From NCBI GenBank assembly GCA_039621445.1, contig CP154954.1, forward strand, positions 12,518,716 through 12,582,715: a stretch of 64,000 bases of DNA, read 5' to 3'. This document shows positions 49,031-61,310 of this stretch, one piece after another (the first letter of the stretch is position 1; each line of letters opens with the position of its first letter). This DNA is from Euglena gracilis (taxonomy: Eukaryota). Position numbers and translations under genes: made by a program. A model generated the notes under the pieces. It ran no database searches, had not been told where the DNA came from, and was given only the letters and a program-made list of their open reading frames with translations.

Positions 49031-49440
49031 ATACACCAGTGTTCAAAGCATTGTGCCGTTGACACAGAGGGGGGTGCCAACGACCCGGTGTGGTTCGAGG
49101 ACAAAACTCGCCTGGTGTTCCGGCAAAATGCCGTTGACACGAGGAGTGTGAAAAACAACACGGTGTGTCTTGAACAAGGGGGGAGGGAAAGGAATGAATG
49201 AGGCCAGTAGGTGGGCACCAGGGTGAAGGGGGTGTCTAGAATCAGGAACATTCTCACGCCATGTACGTCAACTCCCACGGTTTATATTTCAAACATTTCA
49301 AGACCCTCGGGGTGTTTGTAGTTGGAGGGAGCTATATTTGTGTGAAAAAAAATGAACGCTTGGGACAAACAAAATTGTGGTTGTTTTTCAATGCGGGTTG
49401 GAGGAATGCACAAATTCATCAGCAACATTCTTGACTCCGC

Positions 49441-49473
49441 CCACCCCCCTTCCGTTCACTCGTTCACTGGCAG
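49441..49473 (+). promoter_or_regulatory. Putative spliced-leader trans-splice acceptor of gene 2
   Basis: Pyrimidine tract + CAG ending 7 nt before ATG 49481; no upstream exon seen; euglenozoan mRNAs are SL trans-spliced. Confidence 0.55.
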
Positions 49474-49480
49474 CAAACTG

Positions 49481-52002
49481 ATGGGACCGAAGAAGGTGTC
49501 GTTCAAGGAGGACAAGGCGAAGGCGGCCAAGCGGCCGGCCCCCAAGAAGTACAAGGTCAAGGTCGCCCAGAGCCCCGCCGGGGGGGAGGCGGCGGACCCG
49601 TTCATCAAGAAGAAGAAGCAGCGCGTCGACCCGTCGAAGGCCGCCGCAGCCACCGTCCCGCTGCCGCAAGATGGGCACGGGGCCAACGGTTTTTTTTGAC
49701 AGACTGCAATTGTGTGTTTTTTTTTAAGAACCACGGGGCATGTCAACGACGGTGTGTCAACGTCACACTTCTAGCGGGGGGGGGCAGACATGCCGCGGAA
49801 ATGTGTCGTTGACACAGGGGTTTCAACAATACGGTGCCTCTGACAAAGGCAGAAGCACACGTCCGACACATTTAGCCAGTCTTCACTACCACGCAGAAGT
49901 TGGTTGTCAATCCACAAAAATGTTCACATATGCATTTTTTTTTGTATGTGCCCTGCTATATTTGGAAGCTTTTGGGGTGGAGATGTGCACCAGTTTTTCC
50001 GTTCCCATTTGCAATGATCAAAAGTGGCGTGGAAAACATTGGTGAGGGATAATCCCACCAAACCTTTTTGCCGGTTTGCTCGATTCCAATTTTCCGCCGT
50101 TCAATTTTTTTCTATCCAATTTTGTTCAGAGCCAATCCCCCCCCCCAGTAATCTCCTCCTGGTGAAGATCAACAAATGATGCTCTGGAACATCAAGAGTC
50201 AAGGATTCAAAGCCATTCGAGGGGACCTCAAAATGGCGGGATCAGATTGTCACCAACCCCCCCCCCCCCCCCGGTTTTAAACTCACCCTTTGGGCCGACC
50301 CACCCAATGAAACCCAACCACGGGGGTTTTCATGAGGTGCGAGGCTTTGGACCTCAAGCGGGGGGGGGGGGGACTCAGTCACGGAAGCCGCCACGGTGGA
50401 CCCCGCCGGGCGGTGCGGCCGTCCAAGAAGCGCAAGGCGGAGGCGCTGGTGGACGTGGACCGCCTGCCGGAGAGCAAGCGGGCCCGGCTGACCACCGAGT
50501 TCCGGGACGTCTGCGTGGTGGGCGACCGCGTCCCGGCTGCTTTTTTAAGACCCCCGGGGGGAGGGAGGATCACCAACCGACCCAGCCCGGCACAGGGAAC
50601 CCCCCCCCCCATGATCTGAGGGCATTTCCCAAAAAGTTTTCGGCGCCGAAACCCATACCCGGGCCTCCAGCCCGGAACCCGGGGGGGGGGGGGGGCTTCT
50701 GGCCCCATACCACTCACCCACCCACCCCCTTCCCCCCAGGGTGGTCTTCTAGCTTAAGAAGAAGCCGGACCGCATCAAACTGGCCCAGGCCATTGTGAAG
50801 CAGGTGTGCTGGTGCCGTGTGGACAGTCGCTTGGTCACTGTCCCCCCCCCCCCAGAGTTCAAAGTGGCTGACTTGTGGTTTGGCCGCAGTCATCCTTGAG
50901 GGCGGGTACCAAAGTGTCCCTGCCATACCATTGTTTAACACCTGTCCCACCCCACCCACAGGGGGGGGGGTGACTAACTGGCTTTTTTAGAGTGACTGAC
51001 TGGTTTTCTGGCCAAGACCTCCCCAGGGGGGTGGGGTAGGAAAATTGAAAAGTGACTGGCCTGGCGCTGAAGGCGCCGGATTTTTTGGGGGGTTTTCTTG
51101 AGACTTTTTCACCATAGTGCCTTGCTAACATAAGCACATTCAAGAGTGGCCGATCCCCCCTCCCCTGGGGGGGTAAAGTGACTGACTGGTTTCTTGGGAA
51201 AAAGCGACTGGGTGGTTTTTTTCAGAGTGGAAAGTGACCCCTCTCCCGGGGTCGCTAAGTAATGGTATGGTCCCGGCGCCGAAGGCGTTGTGAATTATGT
51301 GTTCCGTTCCGTTTGAGTCCCTGACTGGCTGATTTTCCAAAAACCAAATGGTCAGCAGCTGGTTTTTGAATGAGTGGAAGCGAGTCCCCCCCCCTTCCCC
51401 ATTTGAGTACATGGTTTGATTGTCTGTGGTAGTTTTGGACACTTCATATTCCCAAATGCTTGACCTTGATTCGTATTTCATGCTTTCAGAATTTCTGGGT
51501 TATTCTGCAAGATTTTTCTGCCCTCTTTGGAAATAAGAAATTTTTACAAAACCCCTCTCTGCTGGTCTGGCCACCTGCCATTTTTGTCACGTCGGTCAAC
51601 GGAACAATATCAGCCCTGGGCCTATTCTCAAGGCACACCGGCTCCAACCCCCCCCCCCCCTCGCCCACAGCTGTACGACGGAGTGGTGGAGGCCAAGCCA
51701 ACCCACCGCATCAACCTCGTGAACGTCACGTTCAAGACCACTCAACAGCACCAGGCGGCGTGCGCCAAAGAGCCACAGACCATTTTCGGTCAGGCCGGGC
51801 CGCTGCTGAAGGCATTGAATGCCGCACATTGTACCCCCCACCAGGGGGTGGTTTTTTGGCCCGGACCCCCTCCCCCCCTGGGGCAGGATCGGCAAAAAAA
51901 ACCCCCACTAAAGTGACCCGGCGCCGAAGGCCGGGTTTTTTTGGGGGGGCCCTTTTTTTCATGTGTTTGGTCAAATTTCCTTTGGATTCCAGAGTGGCCA
52001 GA

Positions 52003-52033
<31 letters not shown>

Positions 52034-53023
52034 GAGGTGGTAACTGACTGGTTTGCCCCAAAAAGTGAGATGAGTGGTTTTTCGAAAAGTGGAGGAGTGA
52101 CCGGGGGGGGTCAGTAAAAAATTGTATGGTGGGGGGTTGGGACGCCCCCCCCCCCCTCTCTGGCATACCTTCCCCCCCTTGTTCTTGACACGGCTGGTCC
52201 ATGGCAACCCCCCACCCCCGTGTCAACCACAACTTTGTGCGTTTCAAGGACAGGTTATTTTTGTCGGGCGGGATACACTTTTCGACGCCGAAATTTTTTG
52301 AAAAGGTGCTATTTTTAGCATTTTTCGCAATTTTTCGGCCATTTTTTTTGTGGGTTCCCCGGGAACCCCCCCCCCCCCGGGGGTGGGTGGGGAGACCCCC
52401 CCTCCCCCCGGTCTTTTGAAAAAACCCTGGTGCCGGGGTCCGCCGCGGACGGTGACATGCAAGTCGCTCGCCGCCCGCACGAGTGAGCACGCGGTGGTCC
52501 ACCTCGGCAACAAAATCCTGCTCCACGCCCTGAAGTCCGCGTGGCCCTCCGCGGTGTCCGTGGTGGAACTGACGCCGGAGGCCGTCCGGGTATGTGCCCC
52601 ATTTGTCCGTCACGGCACAGGTTCGGCGGCACGGTGAACGAACCTTGAGTACCTACCTCAGATTGGTCTAAGGAGTATTTGTTGCTGTTGGCAATAACTA
52701 ATACAATATAAAAATAATTTGCAGTATTAGAATGTTAGGACATTATATATGCAAACGTTTTGTGTTGAGTATCTGCAACATTGCAATTGTTAATTTGTGC
52801 AGATGCCGCTGTGGTTGATTGTGCAAACCAATTGTGTCAGGTGTTCCGCAGGCTCTCTGACCACGCGGGGAGGGGTTTGCAAATGACGGCACCAACTTTC
52901 CGTCTCGCGCAGCTGCGGTTCGACAGCCCAGATGAGGCCCAGGAGGTGATCGACGGCGGCCGCAAGACGATTCTGGACCTCCCGTTCCTCCCCCGTTCCG
53001 TGTGGGGCATCAAGGGCGTGTAG
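49481..53023 (+). CDS. Gene 2: Lys-rich N-terminus + two divergent RRM-like domains (probable nuclear/nucleolar RNA-binding protein); exons 49481-~49674, ~50411-50529, 50753-50803, 51671-51839, 52435-52589, 52841-53023
   Basis: MGPKKVSFKEDKAK...; in-frame joins; RTVTCKSLAARTSEHAV (RNP2-like) and FRLAQLRFDSPDEAQEVID (RNP1-like); TAG at 53021-53023; first junction approximate. Confidence 0.8.
50950..51400. repeat. Dispersed GTGACTGACTGG-rich repeat family
   Basis: Related segments at ~51990-52120, and inverted at ~48620-48890 and ~61400-61610 (51110-51150 matches the reverse complement of 61568-61610). Confidence 0.7.
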
Positions 53024-53913
53024 CGCCTGTGAACCTTGCGCCCCCACCCTCCTGTAGCCATATTGTTGGCTTGCTGGCTGTGGCGCCAGTTACGGACCGC
53101 CTCCTCTGTGGCAATCTGTTCTTTTTTGTTACTGTGTTTGCATTTCTTGACACCTTTTGCACAGATGCAAACCTGTTTGGGGCGTTCACCTGCAATCCCA
53201 CCTCTCAAACTGTCACATGCTGACACCCACCCCCCACACCCACCCCCCACCCCCACCCCCACTACCCCCACCCACTCACACACACACACACACACACACC
53301 CACACCCACACCCACACCCACACCCACCCCCACCCCCACCCACACCCCCACCCACACCCCCACACACACCCCCCCACCCCCCCACCCACACCCACCCCCC
53401 CACTCACACCCACCCCCCCCCACACCCACACCCCCCCACCCACCACCTACCCCCCCCCCCCACAGCTTTGCCCCCCGCAGCTTAAGGGGTACTGGGAGGG
53501 GGCTGGACTGCAGCTGGTCCAAATTTGGCCAGTGGAAATCCTAATCCCAGTGGGCCCGCCGTGGGTCCTTTAAGGGGTAGCAGGTTAAAAAAGTGACCGT
53601 CACAAAGCACCAAAAATTGTTTGGACCGCCAAAAATGGCCAAAGTGCCCATTTTTGGCCATTTTTGGCTTTTTTTTGGAACAAAATCAGCCGAAAAAAGT
53701 ATTAAAACTCATTTCCACCTTGGCGCGCAATGCCGGAGAAAAGAAATTTAAGTTGGGTGTACCCGTGTACCGCCCAATGGGTCTAGCAAGTCCATTTTTT
53801 TCCAGTGTCAAGCAAAATGGGCAGCCAGTGGACCAACCCCCCCCCCCCCCGAGTCCTCAAGCAATGGCCTGATCCACTCCGACAAACATAATCCAACACG
53901 CACCGCATACCTA

Positions 53914-54200
53914 CCCCCCGGGAAACTGTCATGCCCGAGAACCTGTCAGGGTCCCGCCCGAGAAACTGTCAGGGTCCCCGGTACCGGCCAACCTGTCAGT
54001 TTAGGAAGTTGTCAGGGTCCCCGGTACCGGCCAACCTGTCAGGGTCATTTTTCATTGACTTTCCCTTGAAATGCCCTACCTGGGAAACTGTCAGGTCCCG
54101 CCCGGGAAACTGTCAGGGTCCCCGATACCGGCCAACCTATCAGCATAGGAAGTTGCCAGGGTCCCCTGAACCTGTCAGGGGACAGTTTCCCGGGGGGGGG
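53914..54200. mobile_element. MITE family A copy
   Basis: TACCTAC...GTAGGTA ends, GGGAAACTGTC/GACAGTTTCCC TIR. Confidence 0.85.
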
Positions 54201-55219
54201 TAGGTACACACACACACACATACACATGCTCACAGGCACACAGGTACACATACATACACACACAGGCACATACACACACATCCACCAACAACAAACACAC
54301 ACACACATTCACATACACATTGACAAACAACACACACCCACACACAGGTACATGCACGCATACACAAACAACACACACACACACACACGCACAGGCACAG
54401 GCACAGGTACATACACACATACACAAACAACAACAACAACAACACACCCACACACACAAGCACCACAAAATAGCGCAACACAGATTATGCCCCCCCCCCC
54501 AATATTGATAAAGCTTCACAATTATACAGCTCTGATCAAATGGGCTCTCACACATTAGACATCGAGCTGGCTGCGTGATTGAAGCAATATCAGAGTCAAA
54601 CCGCCCCCTCCCCCACAGGAGTCTTGGTGCTCTGTCCCATTTTGTTTCTGTCAGCCAGTTTCATTCGCTTGGCGTGTGTGCGATCTGTGAGTCCCGGGGT
54701 GAACATATAATATTATAATAAATAATATATAATATTTTTTGAGCTTTTTATCTGCACATTTATTTCTCGTTTTGCTCACAAATAATTTGATTTTCAAGTA
54801 ATTCGCATTTTTAGACCAGATTTCACCCAGAGACCGACACTTTATTTCTTATGTCTTTTTTTTTAGACTTTTGTTCAGTAATTGTAACTTTTTTTCTGCT
54901 TTTCTGTGTGTTGCGGCTCTCTTTTGAAATGCATGCAGTGTTCACCCCCTTTCTGCCGATGAAACGACAATGATTGAGTCTATAAAACAAGCATTTCCAC
55001 CATAATTTTCGAAAAATCCTCTCTGGCTCGGTGCACATGGGAAAGCATCTCATAAGCCTTTCTGCGTCCTCTCTGCAACATTGGGCCTCATTTTGAGGCG
55101 GTGGTACCACTTCCGAACGGCAAAATCGTTTTGATAATCCCACGCACTTTCGTTTCGTTTTCGCCGCTGACCCCGGCGGCGAGGGGGGGTGGGCACCTGG
55201 GATGCTGCGGTCAGAGCCG

Positions 55220-55235
55220 CCCTTCCCTCCCGCAG
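55220..55235 (+). promoter_or_regulatory. Putative trans-splice acceptor of gene 3
   Basis: CCCTTCCCTCCCGCAG ending 20 nt upstream of ATG 55256. Confidence 0.5.
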
Positions 55236-55255
55236 CCCCCTGCCCTCCCGCTCCG

Positions 55256-55413
55256 ATGGCAGCCGAGGCCCCCGCCGTGTGGCTGGAGGGTTTCCTGTGG
55301 AAGAAGGGGGCCTCCGTCCTCGATGGGTGGCGCCGCCGCTTCTTCCGCCTGGAGGTGTGGCGGGCATTGCCTTTCTTCCTATCCCTGTGCTGTGTTGCGC
55401 TATTTTCTGGTGC

Positions 55414-55489
<76 letters not shown>

Positions 55490-55524
55490 TGAGTTGTTTA
55501 TGTGTGCATGTGCTTGTGTATGTG

Positions 55525-55562
<38 letters not shown>

Positions 55563-57586
55563 GTGTGTGTTGAGTTGTATTTGTCGGAGTGGGCCAGGCC
55601 ATTGCTTGAGGACTCCGGGTGTGGGGTTGGTCCACTGGCTACCCATTTTGCTTGACACTGGAAAAAATGGACTTGCTAGACCTCATTTAGCCTACCGAGG
55701 CCCCCAGCAATGACTGCATCTTCTTGGGGCAATCCCTGAGCGGCGACACAGCACACCATGGCACTGTCACGTTGCTTCGTGCCACGCAGCACGACGGCTG
55801 TCTGGTGTATTTCGCCGAGAACAGCCCGACCCCCCGTGGCAGCATTTCCCTCCAAGGGGCCTTTGTCTACGCCGTCCCACCGATGGGCATTACCATTGAA
55901 GGTAGCCGTACCCTGGGCAAGTTTTCAGAAGCCTTTCAGTGAGCATTTATGTTGTTCTTATCTTCTACTTGCTATCTTGCTATTGTTCTGTCTTCCACCG
56001 CTTGGCACACCGATCTCTGACGCATTTTTGTTGAATGTGAGTTTTTGTGGCATATTTTTGTGGCATTCAAATGGTTGTATCTCATTACGATACGTAATTC
56101 AAATTTCATTTTTTTTTTAGTGAACAAATCTTTCGTTCGCCTGTTTGTTGTTTGTTTGTTGTTTGTTGTTTTTTTTGACACAAAATGTAATTTTCATCCA
56201 ATTATGCAATTATTTTTATAATTTCAAGTCAATTTCCAGGCAATTGGTTGTTTCCACACAAAATGGATCACCACATGTTGCTTTTGAAGAACGTCCGGTG
56301 CCTTTCAAGGGACTCTTTTCGCAATCTTGGTTTTTTTTTTTTGGCTTCTTCCCAGCATTTCTCTGATCATCAATTGTTGTCCTGTCAGGTCCCAAAGTAA
56401 AGCGCCGGTTTGAGTTGCGGGCCGACTCCCTGGTGTTGCCTCAGTCCCTGCATTTCCACTATTCTGTTATGTGACAGGAATGGCTGTTTGAAAACCACAC
56501 TGTGGTTCTATCGACAGAAGGATTTTGGACCACAGCACACAAGTCACGAATTGTCACAACCAGACACACGGGTGCGGAAGCATTTGAGTTGGGGTGAGTT
56601 AAAACGTATGTGCACTACATGTTGATTTTCCATGCTGGCAGCATTTTCTTTATATTTAAACCCTCCTCTTGCTAACGGAATAATCTTTAAACAAACTTTT
56701 CCTTCCATTTATTATGTGTATGGCCCGCGACACTTTTGGGCAGTGCATTGCCTCCATGCCAGGAAGCTGGACATCACAGTGGTCTGGCAGCCAGCAGCTT
56801 TTTTCCCCCAGCCAGCAGCTCTCTGCGGACCCCTGCGGAGAGTCGATCGAAAACCAAGGTTTTGCAGCCTGGCAGGCTGCACCGAAAAAAAAATTGAAAT
56901 GGGGGTCAAACTTGGCCAATAATGGCGTTTTTTGGTGGGTTTTTGAATGTTCACCTCAGAGTTTTTGCTGAGAAGATTTATTCCACCTGGATTTATACTT
57001 TTGCTTGTTTTTTTGGGTGCCAAACGGTTCAATAACACCTTGTTAAGGGTTCCCAATACCTCCCCCGGGGGGGGGGGCTTGCATTACAGCTAGTCCATTT
57101 TTGACGTCTGGAAATCCTGTATGACCCACCTGGGGGGATCCACTAATAAACCTAAGCGGGCCCCGGCTGCTAGCTTGCATCTTTTGTTTTTCGGCCGGGC
57201 GGTTTCCGAAATTCCCCGTTCCCAGTCGCATTCGGTGAGTTGTGTCCCCCCCCCCCCCCGTGCCGCTGTGGTGTCTCCTGCGCTGTCCCGCGCGTTGTAG
57301 CGGGGCTGGTCCGAAGCCAGCAGCTGTTCTCGATTGGCAGTCAGCACCCCGCCCTGCTGGAAGCACGGCTGCACTTATCGCGGATTGCTTTTTTTATTTG
57401 GACCCTGCGCTTGCAGTGCCGGGCTTCTATTAGGGGGGTTTATGCCGCAGCTGACCCCTGTGCTGGGGCCGCAGGAGGAGCAGCGCCGGTGGGTGGCTGT
57501 GCTGACCAGCGCCCAACACCTCCCCGAGGCCTCGACGCTGCCCGCCCCCACCGTTAGCCCCAGTGGCCTCTACCCATCCATCGACG
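55256..57586 (+). CDS. Gene 3: PH-domain protein; exons 55256-55354, 55790-55901, 56389-56432, 57475-57586 (all GT-AG)
   Basis: Spliced: LEGFLWKKGASVLDGWRRRFFRLE|HDGCLVYFAENSPTPRGSISLQGAFV...IE|GPKVKRRFELRADSL|EEQRRWVAVL, a complete PH consensus with phases matching. Confidence 0.92.
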
Positions 57587-59232
57587 GTGTGATACCGGGG
57601 GGTGGGGGGGCTTGAACAAAAAATAATGTTTTGGGAAGACCTCTGTACGATATTTTGCTAAGGGTTTTAAGGATCCGGCCAGGAAAATTTTAAAACGCTT
57701 TTTTTTTCTTTGGCGCTTCGCGGGAATCCTTGGAATGCTCCAAAACGCCTGTCAGAAGATACATTGATCATCCAAACTGAAAAATGTGTGTTCTTTAGTT
57801 TGTTTTCGTCTTTGAAGTTTGGTATTTCCTCAAGTTTTGAATGCTTGATTTGGGTAATCCTCAATATTTTTTCAACTATGCATTCTGCTGATTTTCCACA
57901 TTCACACCCAATTTAAGCAGGCCTCCAGAATTGGATTTTTTCCCAACGGCAATTGTTCCCGGTCAGATCCTCCCCACCACGGTACTTATTTGTCCTACTT
58001 GGTTTTTAAAAATTAATTTACTTCTGTTACCAATAAATACCCTTGAGTACCCTTGCGTATCCTTTCTGCGATAGCCTGTGATTTCTTCTTTTTCTCGGGG
58101 TCCGATTTGGTATATGATCCTGGGGTTGGAAACGTGCCATTCCCCCCTTTTGGTGTATTACTCGTCGCAGAAGGAGAATGAGATTACTTATTTTTGTTCC
58201 AGGCAGGAGTGATATTGAGATGCTTTCCCCCCTTCCTCCAGGGGTGTTTGACTGACCCTGTCTGATGGTTTCATGCATGGACCCATGACATGCTGTTCTG
58301 TTCTGCAGTCCATGGCAGCATAGATCCCCACCCCATCCTATCCTAACAGATCTGGAGGACCCTTCCCCCACATGCAGGCGTCTGCATCGAATCTTATCGC
58401 CCTCTGTATGGTTGTGCATGTTTTTTCATATCCTTTTTGAATAAGAAAATTTCATTTTCTTATCCATTTGGCACGCTTTGTTATTGCGGTGGTCTGGCTG
58501 ATGGGGTTGAGTGTGGACCAGACTGTTGCTCAAGGGTTTGCAGTACCCCCATTTCCCGGGTGGGGGATATGCAACTTGCATAATTTGCAATTTTTTTTGC
58601 ATAATCAAGTTTTTCCGAAACTTGCATTTTTTGCATTTTTTGCATTTTTTTTTGCATAAAATATTTTGCCCAGGAATAATTTTTTTGTAGTTTGTCGCGC
58701 TATTATGATACCAAGTTGCGTTCCACGTTGTGCAATGAAACGCGACGTGCTGCCGCTTTATTGATGTTCAATGGTGACCTGGAGGACAATTTGCTTGGAC
58801 TGGACATGCAGGTGCCATTCATGTTCATTTTCAAAGCTTCAGTGCTTGCTGTTTGGTGAGGTGGTCTTCATTTTTTTGGAACAACATGAGCAAAATACTC
58901 ATTAAAATCCTCATTTTCACCTCGGCGCAGCGCCCCTGGAATTTTTTTCCAGTGTGTGGGAACCCTGGACCCCCCCTGCCAGGAGGTGAAAGGAGGGTGG
59001 CTCTTGTTATTATAATGGATAGCTAGTGGCCCCCCTGGTGGTTCCTTAAGCAAAAGCCTGATGACGGGATGGAGTGGTGATGGGATTGAGTGGTTGTGTG
59101 TGTGTATGTGTGCGTGCGTGCGTGCGGCATGCGTGCGTGCGTGCGTGTGTGCGTGCTTGCGTGCGTGCGTGCATGCGTGCGTGCGTGCGTGCGTGTGTGT
59201 GTGTGTGTGTGCTTGCGTGCGTGCGTGCATGC

Positions 59233-59357
<125 letters not shown>

Positions 59358-61187
59358 TGGTCCGCGGCTGATGCCTGTTGCCAGAATCAGCTGCAGATGA
59401 ACCACCACCCTCGCATGGTGTGCGGGCTGTCCTTGTTGTCTTTTTCTCCCTTTCCATTCTCGCTGTGTGAAATATATTATAATTGTACATCTTACTTTTT
59501 TCCATTTGTTTATGGCATAGCCAACACGTCAATAACAAGCCAATATTTGCCTTATCGTGACTGGTTTTTTGAACTGGACAGTGACCCCGGACACAAAAAG
59601 AACCTTGCTTGGTAAGCCGCGCCCCATTCTACCCCCGGGGTCCAGCCAACAAGCACCTTTTTTTAGCCAACAGCTCCCAGCTGAAAATATTTTTGCGCGA
59701 ACCCAAAAACCAGCCAATCAGTCGCTTCGAAAACCAGTCATCCCCAAACCCAGGGTGGGGGGGGGGTTCGAAGCAAATGGTATGGTCAGGGGGACAACTG
59801 GGGGAAAAGCACCACAAACCACCATTCTCTCATTATTTTTAATTGATGAAGAAGAGATGCAAAATTTGGAGTTTTGGGACATGTGTTTTATGGTTTCTCC
59901 AAAAAAAAAACTTGGGGAAACAATTCCTTCCAAAAACAGGTTTCATTTTTGGCTGGATGCCACAAACCCACCAGGCAAAAAGGAAGCACATTCAGGAAAA
60001 TATTAGGGGGAAAGCATATTGTAGGGGGGTGCAGTCAATGGGAACGGGAATGTGATTCTCTCAGGCCAGTGTCTCAGGTTTGCATCCGCCCTGTGGTGGA
60101 CGTGTCCTCATCGCCAAATGGAAAACTTGCGGAGCCAGCCACAGAACCCCCCTTCCCAGGGGCTTGAAGCGCGGACTGTCTTGCTTCATGGAAATTCAGG
60201 GGAGCACTGTCTCACCTCCGGCAGCAAAGTCCGTTTGCTGCCCTTTGAAATTCAAGTGCACAACACGGTCATATCAGTTTATGTTGCAGTTTTTTTTGTG
60301 GAGGTGACTATATTCTAGCTTGTTCAATCTGCCAATTAACAAACCAAGCCAACTTATAGCTGCTGAGCATTATTGTCTGTAACTCGGAAAACCAATTGCT
60401 TCAGAATCCTAATAATCCCCCCCCCCCCTGTGGGTTGGCAACCATGGGCAACCAAAATCCCTCAAAAGCAACCAATTTTGGCAACAAAATGGGCTGAAAT
60501 AGCGCTGAAATGTAGTTGAATCCTACCGAAAAAAGTTCGGCGCTTGAAAAAAATGGCTGTTTTGTTACTTTTTCTGGGTTTTCACCTCAAAATTTTGGCC
60601 AAAAAAGTCCAACCAAGCTGGATTTGGGCTGTTCTCAGGTGGCAGCTGGATGACCTTGATATTTCCCCCCCCTTTCCTCAGGGGGTTGGACAGGCACCTG
60701 AATGAAATGTGAATGTGAATGTGAATGTGAATCCGCTTCTTATAGCCCCAAAATCTCAGCAACAAGTTGCCTTAATTTAGGTGTGAGCCAATCGGCCCGA
60801 AGGGTTGCTTGAATTTGGGGTTGCTTAAATTTGAACAAAATGGTCGATTAAAAAAGTGTTGGCCTGCGGGAGGTAACACTCTTCTGGAGGAGAAATGCCT
60901 GTTTTGCCGCATCATCGTCTCAAACAGCGAATTGACCAGAATAATGAACGACAGTTATGACATTTCCCTCTTCCATGCTTTTTTTTTCAGCGGATAATTA
61001 TTTTAAAAAAATTGATAGTTATTTATAATATTTTTTTTTGAATAATTAACAGTCAATTTCATTTTTTTGAATTGATACAAATAAAAAATGTCATCAAAAT
61101 TTGAATAATGTTTTTTTGGGGGGGGGCGATTAGTGCCCTGCGTTGTTAGCACCTAAAGCCAGTTCAAAATGCCACAGCCCATCTCAG

Positions 61188-61310
61188 GGTCGCCCTCGCC
61201 TCGCAGAGGCCACGGCAGCCCCGGCGGACCGCCTCGCCAAGTTCGTGGGGCAGCGACTGCCGGCGTGGGCCGTGGCCGCCGCACAGCGGCTGCCCGCCCG
61301 CCCTTTTTGA
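61188..61310 (+). CDS. Probable last exon of gene 3 (AEATAAPADRLAKFVGQRLPAWAVAAAQRLPARPF*)
   Basis: GC3-rich, CAG acceptor, TGA at 61308-61310; intervening exons (~58350, ~59385, ~60078) unresolved. Confidence 0.5.
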   Translation, partial: GRPRLAEATAAPADRLAKFVGQRLPAWAVAAAQRLPARPF

